Part shown: positions 29,789 to 39,885 of the stretch, piece by piece
How the letters are laid out: every line of letters starts with the position of its first letter
How positions within the stretch are numbered: the first letter of the stretch is position 1
DNA from: Candidatus Zhuqueibacterota bacterium
GTDB lineage: Bacteria > Zhuqueibacterota > Zhuqueibacteria > Residuimicrobiales > Oceaniaggregativiventaceae
Assembly (NCBI GenBank): GCA_014728085.1
Contig: WJMF01000230.1
Span: forward strand, 5,276-69,275
DNA: 64,000 nt
Direction of reading: 5' to 3'
Translations under genes and position numbers: made by a program
Notes under the pieces: generated by a model
Database searches by the model: none
What the model was told of the DNA's origin: nothing
The model's input: only the letters and a program-made list of their open reading frames with translations

Positions 29789-31193
29789 TTTGCTCGTGTT
29801 GGTATTTACCGATTTTATCTTCAATGGGAATGGGATATGTACCTGTAAAACAGGCTGTACAGAAACCACACCCATGTGGTTTAACGGATTCTAACAGACC
29901 TTCGTGCGACAAATAGTGCAGGGAATCGCAATCGAGATAGGTTTTAATATTTTCGATCGATTTATTGTTGGCAATGAGTTCTGCTTTGCTGGGAAAGTCC
30001 ATTCCATAGAAACAGGGAGAAACGATCGGTGGTGAACTTACCCGAACATGTACTTCTTTGGCGCCATTTTCGCGGATATGCTTAACCAGCTGTTTCAGGG
30101 TTGTACCCCGCACAATCGAATCCTCTACAACCACGACTCTGCGGCCGTCGAGGATTCCTTTCACGGCATTGAATTTGACTCTGACGCCGAAATCTCTCAT
30201 GTTTTGAGATGGATGTATAAATGTCCGGCCCACATAGTGATTTCTAATCAGCCCCAGCTCGAATTTTAGATTGGAACGCCTGGAATAGCCCAATGCTGCG
30301 GTATTGCTGGAATCGGGCACGGAAATGACAATATCGGCCGCCACATCTGATTCCAGAGCCAGAATTTTACCCAATTTTCGCCGCACCCGGTCAACATTAT
30401 CATTAAATATACGGCTATCCGGTCGGGCGAAATAGATGAGTTCAAAAATACACGAATAGCAGGGTTGTTGAGTCTGAAAGGGAAAGGCGGTGATCCCATT
30501 TTCATCGATTTTTATCAATTCACCCGGTTGAATTTCACGCACCAATTCCGCTTTCAACAGATCAAGGGCACAGGTTTCGGAGACGACGCAATAGGTGTTC
30601 TGTCGCTTGCCGATGCACAGGGGGCGCACACCATGCGGATCTCTGGCAGCATAAATGCCATCCCGTGTCAGCATCACCAGTGAATAGGCTCCGGTAATTT
30701 GCTTCAGGGCCTCGATGATGCGTTTAGAAATGGTCTCTTTATTTGAACACGCAATCAGATGGGGGATGATTTCCGTATCTGTGGTGGTTTGGAACAGGGA
30801 GCCGGTTTTTTCGAGTTGTTTACGAATGATACCGCTGTTGGTAAAATTACCGTTATGGGCGATGGCAAAAGGCCCCATCATATAGTTGTTGAAGGTCAGG
30901 GGTTGGGCATTGAGGGCCTGAGTGGATCCGGTGGTTGAGTAGCGATTGTGTCCTATAGCCCAGGTGCCTTTGAGTTGTTTAAATCTTTCCTGATCCGAGA
31001 ATACATCCGCAACCAGGCCTTGTCCGGTTTGTTTATGTAATTTACCGTCATAGCTGACGATACCGGCGCTTTCCTGGCCCCGGTGTTGCAGCGCATAGAG
31101 TGCCAGATAGGCCAAATGAGCGGCATCGGGTGTTCCGTAGATTGCGGTGACACCGCAATTGGATTTGGGTTTGTCAATTTTTTTCTTAGCCAT
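29778..31193 (-). CDS. purF: Amidophosphoribosyltransferase
   Basis: Propeptide then CG, LQHRGQESAG, GHNRYST, HNGN and VVEDSIVRGTT. Confidence 0.97.
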   Translation of the reverse strand: MAKKKIDKPKSNCGVTAIYGTPDAAHLAYLALYALQHRGQESAGIVSYDGKLHKQTGQGLVADVFSDQERFKQLKGTWAIGHNRYSTTGSTQALNAQPLTFNNYMMGPFAIAHNGNFTNSGIIRKQLEKTGSLFQTTTDTEIIPHLIACSNKETISKRIIEALKQITGAYSLVMLTRDGIYAARDPHGVRPLCIGKRQNTYCVVSETCALDLLKAELVREIQPGELIKIDENGITAFPFQTQQPCYSCIFELIYFARPDSRIFNDNVDRVRRKLGKILALESDVAADIVISVPDSSNTAALGYSRRSNLKFELGLIRNHYVGRTFIHPSQNMRDFGVRVKFNAVKGILDGRRVVVVEDSIVRGTTLKQLVKHIRENGAKEVHVRVSSPPIVSPCFYGMDFPSKAELIANNKSIENIKTYLDCDSLHYLSHEGLLESVKPHGCGFCTACFTGTYPIPIEDKIGKYQHEQNEA

Positions 31194-31217
31194 TGAGGAT
31201 ATCAGTTATCCTTCATT

Positions 31218-31613
31218 TTATGATGTTCCGGCCATGAGTAAAAGATACCCTAAAAATATGCCGGCAATGTCGGCAACAATATCTTTTAAACTGAATATAC
31301 CTTTTTCGCTGATCTTATCATATGCTTCTTTCGACAGGCCAAGGGTGAGGGAAAAGCTTGCGGCCAGATTTGCAGAGGCTGAAACCGACTTGTTTGTGAG
31401 CTTTCTCGCTCCATAATACCCCAGGCCGGCAAAAAAAGCACTCATGATCAGGTGGTCTGCCTTGTCTTTGGCGAGCCATGGATCTGTTTGTTTTGTGTGT
31501 TGAAGAGACAGCGTTATAGAATCTTTCTGCGCGGCAATGATGTTTGATTTTATTTCGTCAGCACCGGCTGCAGAACTCAGGAAAAGAGCCACAACACACC
31601 ATTGCTTAATCAT
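31218..31613 (-). CDS. YfiM/DUF2279-like membrane or lipoprotein-associated protein
   Basis: DPWLAKDKADH...GLSKEAYD...FSLKDIVAD. Start at 31613, directly after the upstream stop. Confidence 0.7.
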   Translation of the reverse strand: MIKQWCVVALFLSSAAGADEIKSNIIAAQKDSITLSLQHTKQTDPWLAKDKADHLIMSAFFAGLGYYGARKLTNKSVSASANLAASFSLTLGLSKEAYDKISEKGIFSLKDIVADIAGIFLGYLLLMAGTS

Positions 31614-31614
31614 T

Positions 31615-32163
31615 CTAGAGCCCCAATTCATCGTCAATACTTTGCATTGCTGCAATAGAAATATCGAAGAACGCCTGCAAGGAGAGGTTCATCTCTTCAC
31701 AAGTTGCGATTTGTTCGCGGCTGGCACCGCGGGCGAAACTTTTTTCTTTAAAGCGGCGCAGACAAAAATCGCTATCCACGGATTTTAGTTTTTTGTCCGG
31801 ATGCATCAGGGTGGCGGCAACGATGAGGCCGGTTACCGGATCTGCGGCATAGAGCGCTTTATCCATCAGCGTTTTACGGGCTGCCAGATTGTTATGACAT
31901 TTGATGGCATAGACGATGTCCGGGGGAACGTCATATTCCTTTAAGATCGTTTCCGTGATCAAACCGTGTTTTTCGGGTGTTTTTTGTGTTTCTTCGTAAT
32001 CCAAATCGTGCAAAAGTCCTGCGAGCGCCCATTTCTCCTCATCTTCGTTTAAGTGACGCGCCAGGCCCCGCATGACGGCTTCTACGGCGAGGACATGTTT
32101 AAACAGATTTTTGTTGCTGAATCTTGGTTTTGCCAATTGATAGGCTTGTTCTCTTGTCATCAT
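31615..32163 (-). CDS. HDIG-type HD-domain phosphohydrolase
   Basis: KHVLAVE, GLLHDLDYE, H...H, DPVTG and KSFARG. Start at the MM pair 32163/32160. Confidence 0.85.
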   Translation of the reverse strand: MMTREQAYQLAKPRFSNKNLFKHVLAVEAVMRGLARHLNEDEEKWALAGLLHDLDYEETQKTPEKHGLITETILKEYDVPPDIVYAIKCHNNLAARKTLMDKALYAADPVTGLIVAATLMHPDKKLKSVDSDFCLRRFKEKSFARGASREQIATCEEMNLSLQAFFDISIAAMQSIDDELGL

Positions 32164-32177
32164 AGAAAAATCCACAC

Positions 32178-33551
32178 TTAGAAGTAATTTCCGGTTAGCA
32201 GAATATACAATAAAATTACGATTATTGCAACGGGACAAAGGTAACGAATGACGATGGCCCAGAATGGTCTTCCATAGAAATGATTATTTTCAATCGTTAT
32301 TTCCGCGCTTAAATTTTTGATCCCCCATTTGTAGCCGACAAAGATGGCGATGAGCAGAGCTCCGATGGTCAGTGAATAGTTCCCGAGAAGGATATTGGCA
32401 AAATCCAGAAAGCCAAGGTGGACGAGTGGAAGATTGGACAGCAAGCTGTTAGCGCCTTGCGAAAGTGCGGAAGGGATGCCCAGCACAAAGGCGAGTCCCG
32501 ACATAAGCAAAACAGCGCGCCGTCTTTGCCAGTTAAATTCATCGACAAAATAGGTGACAGCGACTTCGAGCAGGGAGATGGTCGAGGTCAGTGCGGCCAC
32601 AGTTAAAAGGAGAAAAAAGCCGGCGCCGAAAAATATGCCGCCCGGCATTTTATCAAAAATAGAGGGCAGGACGACGAACACCAGTCCCGGTCCGCCCGAC
32701 GGATCGAGTCCCATGGAAAAGAGAGCGGGGAAGATCATGAGACCGCTGACCACAGCGATAAGGGTATCGAAGAGGCAGACATACCCGGCAGAGATGGCCA
32801 GATTGTCTTTTTTGGATATGTAACTTCCATAAGTGATCATGGCTCCCATACCCAGACTGAGAGAGAACAAGGCTTGTCCCAGGGCGCTGGCAATGGTGCC
32901 GGCGTTAATTTTTCCGAAATTCGGTGCCAGATAGAACTCGAGTCCTGCTTTGGCATTCGGTAACGTGACCGAGCGCAGGGTCAGCAAAAGCAATAAAACA
33001 AACAAAAGGGGCATGAGTATTTTTGCCCATTTTTCAATACCTCCGGATATACCTCCAAGGACCACAAAACCGGTAGCGGTCAGAAAGACAAACAAATAGG
33101 CGATGCATTGATACGGATTTTTTACAAATTCGGTAAAAATCTGACTGGATTGTTCAGCAGAGGTCAGGTTGCTAAAGCTCCCGCCCAGGGCTTTTATAAA
33201 ATATCCAAAGGTCCATCCGGCGATGACGCTATAATAGGAGAGGATACCGATGCCGGTGACCACGCCCATGAGACCCACCAACGGCCAGAGTGATTTTGGT
33301 GCAATCTTGCGAAAGGCCCCTACGGGATTTCGCTGGGCATGGCGGCCGATGGCCAGCTCGGACAACATAACCGGTACACCGATGAGAACGATGAAAATAA
33401 TATAGAGCAGGACGAATGCGGCTCCGCCGTTTTCTCCGGTAACATAGGGAAAGCGCCATATGTTTCCGAGTCCGATTGCCGATCCGGCGGCTGCCAGAAC
33501 GAATCCAATTTTCGATCCCCATACGTCTCGTTTTTTAGAAGGTGTGTTCAC
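32178..33551 (-). CDS. Sodium-dependent transporter (NSS/SNF family)
   Basis: GSAIGLGNIWRFP, GGAAF, QALFSLSLGMG and AALTS.ISLLE. Confidence 0.93.
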   Translation of the reverse strand: MNTPSKKRDVWGSKIGFVLAAAGSAIGLGNIWRFPYVTGENGGAAFVLLYIIFIVLIGVPVMLSELAIGRHAQRNPVGAFRKIAPKSLWPLVGLMGVVTGIGILSYYSVIAGWTFGYFIKALGGSFSNLTSAEQSSQIFTEFVKNPYQCIAYLFVFLTATGFVVLGGISGGIEKWAKILMPLLFVLLLLLTLRSVTLPNAKAGLEFYLAPNFGKINAGTIASALGQALFSLSLGMGAMITYGSYISKKDNLAISAGYVCLFDTLIAVVSGLMIFPALFSMGLDPSGGPGLVFVVLPSIFDKMPGGIFFGAGFFLLLTVAALTSTISLLEVAVTYFVDEFNWQRRRAVLLMSGLAFVLGIPSALSQGANSLLSNLPLVHLGFLDFANILLGNYSLTIGALLIAIFVGYKWGIKNLSAEITIENNHFYGRPFWAIVIRYLCPVAIIVILLYILLTGNYF

Positions 33552-33578
33552 AGTTTCCTCCGCGATGAATTTTCGAGA

Positions 33579-34034
33579 TTAGAAATTGAAGGTCATGGTT
33601 GTCAAGAGTATATGGTTTTCCATTTTGATATTCAAAGTCAGGCTTTTCTCATCATCAAAATGATATAAATGTGCATCGACATAGGCATCGCCCATGCTGT
33701 AGAGGATGACCCCTGCGAGCCACCAGACAGAGAGACTGCGGTTGTTGCGATAGTATTCCTCTTCCGCCCAGTTGGTTGCCTTTTGTTTGTACTGATTCTG
33801 GACGATGGCGTTGGCGGCGAGTCCGATTTCGGCGGCGGCGAATATCCCGGTTTTTAGCCATTTTTTGTTATAGGCCTGTCCCCAGCCGGGAACAACCAGC
33901 GAGCGCCACATCGCACCACCGGGGGAGGGATAGTCGTCACCGGTGGTTGTTGTGTCTGTGCTGGTTTGTTGTGCCCGAGCCGCTATTGCTATCAACAGGA
34001 GCATGATCAGAATAAGGGCTTTATTCATTTTCAT
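33579..34034 (-). CDS. DUF5683-type secreted or membrane protein
   Basis: Signal peptide; AMWRSLVVPGWGQAYN...DAYVDAHL. Confidence 0.8.
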   Translation of the reverse strand: MKMNKALILIMLLLIAIAARAQQTSTDTTTTGDDYPSPGGAMWRSLVVPGWGQAYNKKWLKTGIFAAAEIGLAANAIVQNQYKQKATNWAEEEYYRNNRSLSVWWLAGVILYSMGDAYVDAHLYHFDDEKSLTLNIKMENHILLTTMTFNF

Positions 34035-34416
34035 CCATTACGGCAATGGCTTCGATTTCCACGAGAGCATCTTTGGGCAGTCTGGCCGCCTGAAAGGCCG
34101 CCCGCGCCGGCGGCTGTTGCGGGAAAAACCGTGCATAGACTTTATTCATGGTACCAAAGTTTTCCATGTCGCTGAGCAGAACTGTGGTTTTGACCACATG
34201 TTTCATCTCTGCTCCGGCTTGTTTTAAAATCGCCTCCAGGTTTTTCAATGCCTGTTCGGTTTGGTCAGCAATTTTTTCTGAAACAAATTCTCCGCTGCTT
34301 GCGCGCAGGCCGAGCTGGCCGGCAACAAAGATCATTCGGCCTGCTGTAACCGATATCGCCTGGCTGTAGGGGCCGATGGCGGCCGGTGCCTGTTCACTGT
34401 TTATCACTTTTTTCAT
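34021..34416 (-). CDS. ridA: RidA (YjgF/YER057c/UK114) enamine/imine deaminase
   Basis: APAAIGPYSQA, GQL, VKTTV, PARA and LPK.ALVEIE. Start MKKVINSE at 34416. Confidence 0.9.
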   Translation of the reverse strand: MKKVINSEQAPAAIGPYSQAISVTAGRMIFVAGQLGLRASSGEFVSEKIADQTEQALKNLEAILKQAGAEMKHVVKTTVLLSDMENFGTMNKVYARFFPQQPPARAAFQAARLPKDALVEIEAIAVMDENE

Positions 34417-35740
34417 CTTTACCTCTTTGCAAATATTCTCGTGTATAGTATTTATTAAATATATTGACAAGGGTTTCTTTATGCCGGGATGATGCGTCTT
34501 CCATGGCATAAACAAGATCGACAATGTCGACCCGGCTGAAAAGGTCAAGATCCTCTTGATCGATATATTCGAGATGATCGGATTCGAGGATTTTGATCAG
34601 TTCGTTTATCTTGATTTTCTTAAAAGCCGCCACAAAAAATTCATCAAGGTGGGTTCCGGCTTCAGAAGTGAGAAAGTCGATCACCTGTGTGAATTCCATG
34701 CGGTCACGATAGTGCCTTTTCGAGGTGATGGCATCGAACACATCGGCAACAGCCAGAATGCGCGACAGTTTTGGGATGTGATTTTCTGCCAGACCGCTGG
34801 GATACCCCTCGCCGTCGATTCTCTCGTGGTGTGATGCCGCGATAAGGGGAACATTGCGCAATTCTTTGCTAAAGTTGATTTTTTCAAGAATGATTTTTGT
34901 ATAATAGGGATGATCCTGAATGTGTTTGAATTCATCCCGGGTCAGTTTGCCATTTTTGGTCAATACCGCTTCGCGCACGGCAATTTTGCCATAATCATGC
35001 AACATGGCGGATGTTTTTAAAATTTCTCTTTCGTTTTCGTCGAGCTTGACCACCTGTGCAATCTGGTCTGCATAGAGGGCGATGCGCTTGGAATGGCCTG
35101 CGGTTAAGGGGTCGCGGGCATCGATGGTTGAGGCCAGGGTTTCCACAAAACTCTCAAACGTCTTTTTTTGTTCTGCATAAAGCTGGGCATTCTCGATTTG
35201 AGTCGCCGCTATGGTGGAAAGTGCATCCAGCAGCTCTTCATCATCTTTGCTAAAAGCCCCGCCGATTTTATTCAGGGCCTGAAAAACCCCGATAATTTCA
35301 CCGAGGCGGTTGCGCATGGGAACGGTTAGAATCGTTCGGGTGTGGTATCCCGTTTTTTTGTCGATATTGCGGTTAAAGCGCGTATCCGCATAAGCGTTGG
35401 GAATATTCATAATTTCGCCGGAAGAGGCCACATAGCCGGCGATACCCAGGTTTGCCGGGAAACGGATCTCTTTTTCGCCGTGAGCCACACGCGACCACAG
35501 TTCATTTTTTCCCTTGTCGATGAGAAAGACGCTACAGCGGTCGCATTGCAGTACGCTTTTGACTTCATCCATAATCAGCATAAGCAGATTGTTGAGTTTG
35601 AGTTCCCGGGAGATATTTCGCGTTATATTGAACAAGCGCCTCAACTTATCGTGTTCTCTTTTATATTGCTCGAGTTCGAGGCGTAGATTGTGTTTGGGAG
35701 CTGCTTTTTGTTTTTTATCGTCTTTCATGGATGATAGCAT
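34394..35740 (-). CDS. GAF + HD-GYP cyclic-dinucleotide phosphodiesterase
   Basis: GAF domain (FNRNIDKKTGYHTRTILTVP), HSKR, HDYGK, HHERIDGEGYP and ADVFDA. Confidence 0.88.
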   Translation of the reverse strand: MLSSMKDDKKQKAAPKHNLRLELEQYKREHDKLRRLFNITRNISRELKLNNLLMLIMDEVKSVLQCDRCSVFLIDKGKNELWSRVAHGEKEIRFPANLGIAGYVASSGEIMNIPNAYADTRFNRNIDKKTGYHTRTILTVPMRNRLGEIIGVFQALNKIGGAFSKDDEELLDALSTIAATQIENAQLYAEQKKTFESFVETLASTIDARDPLTAGHSKRIALYADQIAQVVKLDENEREILKTSAMLHDYGKIAVREAVLTKNGKLTRDEFKHIQDHPYYTKIILEKINFSKELRNVPLIAASHHERIDGEGYPSGLAENHIPKLSRILAVADVFDAITSKRHYRDRMEFTQVIDFLTSEAGTHLDEFFVAAFKKIKINELIKILESDHLEYIDQEDLDLFSRVDIVDLVYAMEDASSRHKETLVNIFNKYYTREYLQRGKDEKSDKQ

Positions 35741-37590
35741 CAGGTGCGAAATTGCATATTATACAGTTTTTGATAAAGGCCTTTTTGCGCGATCAGCTGT
35801 TCGTGTTTTCCCTCTTGTACGATTTTTCCGTTTTCGAGTACGATGATTTTGTCAGCATTGAGCACAGTTGAGAGTCTGTGGGCGATGACCACCGAGGTAC
35901 GGTTTTCCATCAAACGTTCGATGGCCTGTTGTACCAGCACTTCCGATTCCGTATCCAGGGCCGAGGTGGCTTCATCGAGAATAAGAATGGGCGGATTTTT
36001 AAGTACCGCCCGGGCTATGGCAATTCGCTGTCGCTGACCGCCGGAGAGCTCGATTCCCCGTTCACCGATATTGGTTTCATATTGATGCGGCAGGTGTACG
36101 ATAAAGTCATGGGCATTGGCTATTTGGGCTGCATTGATGACATCCTGCAGGGGGTTATCCGTCATTCCATAAGCGATATTATTGAGAACGGTATCGTTAA
36201 ACAGAATGGTTTCCTGGGTGACGATACCCATTAGACGACGTAAACCGGCGATATCGATTTTTTTGATATCCGTTCCATCGATCGTGATAAAACCGCTTTG
36301 CGGATCATAAAATCTGGGGATTAAATCGACCAGAGTCGATTTGCCGGCACCGCTGGGTCCGACCAGGGCAACCACCTCACCCTTTTTTATGGTTAAATTG
36401 ATAGTGTCGAGAACGATGTCGTTTTGCGTATAGCTAAAGGTGACCTTTTGCAGGATGATCCGGTCATCAAAGCGGTTTACTGTTTTTGCCTCCGGGGCAT
36501 TACGAATAGCGGGTTCTTTGTCGATAACGCGGAAAATGCGCGTGGCTGCAGCCAGTGCTTCCTGGATACGGTTATTGACGCTGGACAGCTCTTTAACCGG
36601 ATTCATAATGCTGAGTATGATAACCAGAAAACCGATAAATTCCTCCGGAGACATAATATCTCCTCTAAGAACCTGGCGCCCGCCGAACCAGAGAATACCG
36701 ACGGCAACCAGAGTGCCGAGAAACTCGGTCAGCGGCGAGGCGAGGTTGCGTGTGCGCGTAATGCGCAGCAGGGTTTTGTAAAAGGCGTGCGTTTCCTTTA
36801 TGAATTTTTTTATTTCAAAATTTTCCATGGCAAAAGCTTTTACGACCCGGGCGCCCGAAATGGTTTCCTGCAATACCGATGTGACATCAGCCATTTTTTC
36901 CTGTGACTCGGTGCTCTCTTTTCGCAGGCGCAGACCGATCCAGCCGATGATGATGAGGCTAAAGGGTGTAACCACCAAAGACAACAAGGTTAATTGCCAG
37001 CTGAGATAAAACGCGACGCTCAAAGCCAATATGATGCTCAACGGATTTTTTATCAGTGTCACAAAACTGGCAGAGATGCCGCCGTTTACCAGGGTTACAT
37101 CATTGGTGATACGCGATATGATATGACCGGTTTTGGTGCGGCTAAAATAACTCAGTGATTGTTTGTTGACCTGTTTATAGAGATCGTTGCGAATATCCCG
37201 AATGACGCTCTGTTCGACGTGGGCCATCAGATAGGTTTGCAGATAGGCAAAGATATTCTTGAACAAAGTGATGAAAAGGATCAGTATGCAAATTCTGAGC
37301 AGTGCATTGGAAGGATCATCGCCCTGGAAGAGAGAAAACACTTTTTCTTTAAGTTCCTCTTTTGACTTTTCGAAACGGTCCGGAATGGCTGCGGGTAAGC
37401 CGGCATTCTCTGATACCTGTTCTGTTTGTGTCTGTTTTTGATCGGATTGAAAGATGGTATTGAGAAAGGGAATGACAGCTATTTGAAACAGAAGATTAAA
37501 AACCGTGAAAAACAGAATACAAAATATCGAACCAACCAGACTGGCCCAATAAGGTTTCATGTATCGTAAAATTCTAAAGTATAATTTCAT
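35740..37590 (-). CDS. ABC exporter, ATPase/permease fusion (MsbA-like)
   Basis: TM domain plus GPSGAGKST, LSGGQRQR, LDEATS and IAHRLS. Substrate not established. Confidence 0.92.
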   Translation of the reverse strand: MKLYFRILRYMKPYWASLVGSIFCILFFTVFNLLFQIAVIPFLNTIFQSDQKQTQTEQVSENAGLPAAIPDRFEKSKEELKEKVFSLFQGDDPSNALLRICILILFITLFKNIFAYLQTYLMAHVEQSVIRDIRNDLYKQVNKQSLSYFSRTKTGHIISRITNDVTLVNGGISASFVTLIKNPLSIILALSVAFYLSWQLTLLSLVVTPFSLIIIGWIGLRLRKESTESQEKMADVTSVLQETISGARVVKAFAMENFEIKKFIKETHAFYKTLLRITRTRNLASPLTEFLGTLVAVGILWFGGRQVLRGDIMSPEEFIGFLVIILSIMNPVKELSSVNNRIQEALAAATRIFRVIDKEPAIRNAPEAKTVNRFDDRIILQKVTFSYTQNDIVLDTINLTIKKGEVVALVGPSGAGKSTLVDLIPRFYDPQSGFITIDGTDIKKIDIAGLRRLMGIVTQETILFNDTVLNNIAYGMTDNPLQDVINAAQIANAHDFIVHLPHQYETNIGERGIELSGGQRQRIAIARAVLKNPPILILDEATSALDTESEVLVQQAIERLMENRTSVVIAHRLSTVLNADKIIVLENGKIVQEGKHEQLIAQKGLYQKLYNMQFRT

Positions 37591-37705
37591 AGGAACGAAT
37601 CATTATGAGTTTTGTTAGCCTGTTATGAATTATTTCGGTTATGCATTCCGGCCTTTTTGTTCGGCTCTATATGCCAATTTTGGCCGGAGCGCCATTGGAT
37701 AGTGA

Positions 37706-37903
37706 TCAGGAGTCTTTGTCCTCGTCCTCTTTAAATTTTACATCCTCAACGTCCTTTTTCGACAGGTCGAGAGGTTTGGAATCCGGATTTCCCTTTACGT
37801 TTGTTCTCCGCTCCCGGGGCAGAAAGATGGCTGAGAAGAGTTTGTATGCCAGGTAAAACAGGATTCCATAAATTAAAATGCGTACAAGTGCCGGCATGTT
37901 CAT
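37706..37903 (-). CDS. Small single-TM hypothetical protein
   Basis: AAGGA RBS, N-terminal TM helix and acidic tail ending VEDVKFKED. Confidence 0.65.
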   Translation of the reverse strand: MNMPALVRILIYGILFYLAYKLFSAIFLPRERRTNVKGNPDSKPLDLSKKDVEDVKFKEDEDKDS

Positions 37904-38083
37904 TTCCTTTATTTGAAAAATGAAAGGGTTATATCAAAAAGCGTTTGATGATGGGCTGAAAATCGCTGCAGCATCAAGAACATGGCTTTGGATGCAAAAG
38001 CGAGGCGCGTTTCCATGCCTGACGGTTTTTGATACAACCCCGACCTGACCGGGTCCTTTGGTGATGCTGCGGACGGGAATGGT

Positions 38084-38719
38084 TCAGTAACCCGGTGAAT
38101 AATATTCTATACCAGAGTGCGGTCTGGTTATTTGGTCAACCAAATCTTCAAAATGTTTGGCATTGTTAACAAAATCAATTTGTGTTGTATTGATGACGAG
38201 CAATGGTGAACCGTGATAATGAAAAAAGAACCTGTTATAGGCTTCATTCAAAGAGTGTATATATTCTTCGGATATATTTTCTTCATAGTGCCGGTCTCTT
38301 TTGCGAATATTGGCCATTAATCGTTCGGTAGACGACTGCAAATAGAGAACCAGATCGGGTTTGGGAATTTCCTGTTCCAGCAAAACGGCGATCCGATCAT
38401 AGAGAAAGAGTTCACGGTCATCGAGGTTCAGGGTAGCAAAGATGCGATCTTTGGCAAAGAGATAATCGGAGATCAGGGTTTCATGAAAGAGATCGGTTTG
38501 GAAAAATTCCTGTTGCTGTTTGTAACGGCTCAGGAGAAAGAAAAGCTGGGTTTGAAAAGCATATCGGGGTGGATCGGTATAAAAGTCTTCCAAAAACGGA
38601 TTTTCTTCCGGTTGTTCGTACATGACTTTGGCGTTTAATATTTTGCCCAGCATACCCGCCAGACTGGTTTTACCCGCTCCGATAACGCCTTCGATACAAA
38701 TATAATTTGGATATGCCAC
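38084..38719 (-). CDS. Deoxynucleoside kinase
   Basis: IEGVIGAGKTSL, ENPFL, FQTQLFFL and DRIFA. Confidence 0.92.
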   Translation of the reverse strand: MAYPNYICIEGVIGAGKTSLAGMLGKILNAKVMYEQPEENPFLEDFYTDPPRYAFQTQLFFLLSRYKQQQEFFQTDLFHETLISDYLFAKDRIFATLNLDDRELFLYDRIAVLLEQEIPKPDLVLYLQSSTERLMANIRKRDRHYEENISEEYIHSLNEAYNRFFFHYHGSPLLVINTTQIDFVNNAKHFEDLVDQITRPHSGIEYYSPGY

Positions 38720-38728
38720 GAATAAACC

Positions 38729-39250
38729 TCATTTCACCAGTTGTAAAAAGGTTTTTGAATTCATAAAAGGGTTAACAGCGCTTTTGTCATTACACTTTTT
38801 ATAGAGCACATAGATCGTATCACTGTGCAGCGGCGGCACATACTCTGCTGCAATCTCGGACAATGGTTTGAGAACGAACATGCGATTTTTAAATTCCGGA
38901 TGTGGCACTGTGAGATCAGTGGACGAGATAACCTGAGCATTATAAAAGAGAATGTCTATGTCGATCGTTCTGGGGCCCCATTTTTCAAATCGTTGACGTC
39001 CGAGGCTGTTCTCGATATTTTGGGTCGCCCTGAACAGCTGCCGAACTGTGAATGTTGTGTTGAGCTCGACAACAATATTTAAAAAATGATTCTGCGCTTT
39101 ATAGCCAACCGGTTCTGTTTCATAGACAGCTGACGTCTGAACCAGTTGAATGTTTTCAACTCTTTTCAGCTTGAACACGGCCTGAGTCAGGTAATCGATA
39201 CGCTCGCCCAGGTTCGATCCCAGGCTCAGAAAGACACGGACCTTGTTCAT
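38729..39250 (-). CDS. folK: 2-amino-4-hydroxy-6-hydroxymethyldihydropteridine diphosphokinase
   Basis: LSLGSNLG, YETEP, WGPRTIDIDIL and PHP. Confidence 0.95.
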   Translation of the reverse strand: MNKVRVFLSLGSNLGERIDYLTQAVFKLKRVENIQLVQTSAVYETEPVGYKAQNHFLNIVVELNTTFTVRQLFRATQNIENSLGRQRFEKWGPRTIDIDILFYNAQVISSTDLTVPHPEFKNRMFVLKPLSEIAAEYVPPLHSDTIYVLYKKCNDKSAVNPFMNSKTFLQLVK

Positions 39251-39251
39251 A

Positions 39252-39635
39252 TTATTCTGTTTTTTCTCTGAATATTTCTATTTCAGTGCCATTCGCAAGC
39301 CCACCCAGGGGAGCGAACGGTTTTCGCACCCGAACCGTCACGGAATCGATGGGAAAACTCTGCAGCAAGGTGTTGGCAATTTGTCGGCTCATCGCTTCGA
39401 TGAGAAAAAATTTATGATCGGTTACCGCCTGTTTGACGTGGTCATAAACCTTGCGAACATCGATCGTATCTTTGATCCGGTCGGTGTTTGCTGCCTTACG
39501 GGCATCATACTGCATTTCCACATCCACCTCGAACCGCTGTCCGTTTTCGCGCTCACCGTCATAGAGACCGTGATAAGCATGAAAGATCATGCCCAAAACC
39601 CTGAGTTTATCGTTTGGCATTGTTTCTGCATTCAA
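39252..39635 (-). CDS. folB: Dihydroneopterin aldolase
   Basis: FHAYHG, ER..GQRF.VD, LIE and VRVRKP. Confidence 0.92.
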   Translation of the reverse strand: MNAETMPNDKLRVLGMIFHAYHGLYDGERENGQRFEVDVEMQYDARKAANTDRIKDTIDVRKVYDHVKQAVTDHKFFLIEAMSRQIANTLLQSFPIDSVTVRVRKPFAPLGGLANGTEIEIFREKTE

Positions 39636-39659
39636 TCATTAATAACCATATATCGCAAA

Positions 39660-39688
39660 AATATATTAAAATAACCCCTTTTTGTCAA
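39660..39688 (-). promoter_or_regulatory. Sigma70-type promoter for the folB-folK-dNK operon
   Basis: TTGACA, 17-nt spacer, TATATT on the minus strand. Confidence 0.6.
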
Positions 39689-39885
39689 GCGAATTTACCG
39701 GTTGAAATTCGTATATAAGATATTAAAAAACAATCCATAGCAAAGGATGGATATAGCCGGTTCGGTGGCGTCCTGTCTTTTGCGAAATGTTTCAGTCTGC
39801 AACCCGGGTGTTTTGTGCTAATACATATTACGCGATATTCTGGTTTTAGCGGTGAGTATAGATTTGAACATTGCATGGAGCTCTA

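Noticed and set aside
37990-38060. SRP RNA-like GUCAGG segments on the minus strand
   Set aside because: The helix-8 GNRA/AGCAG pattern is absent.
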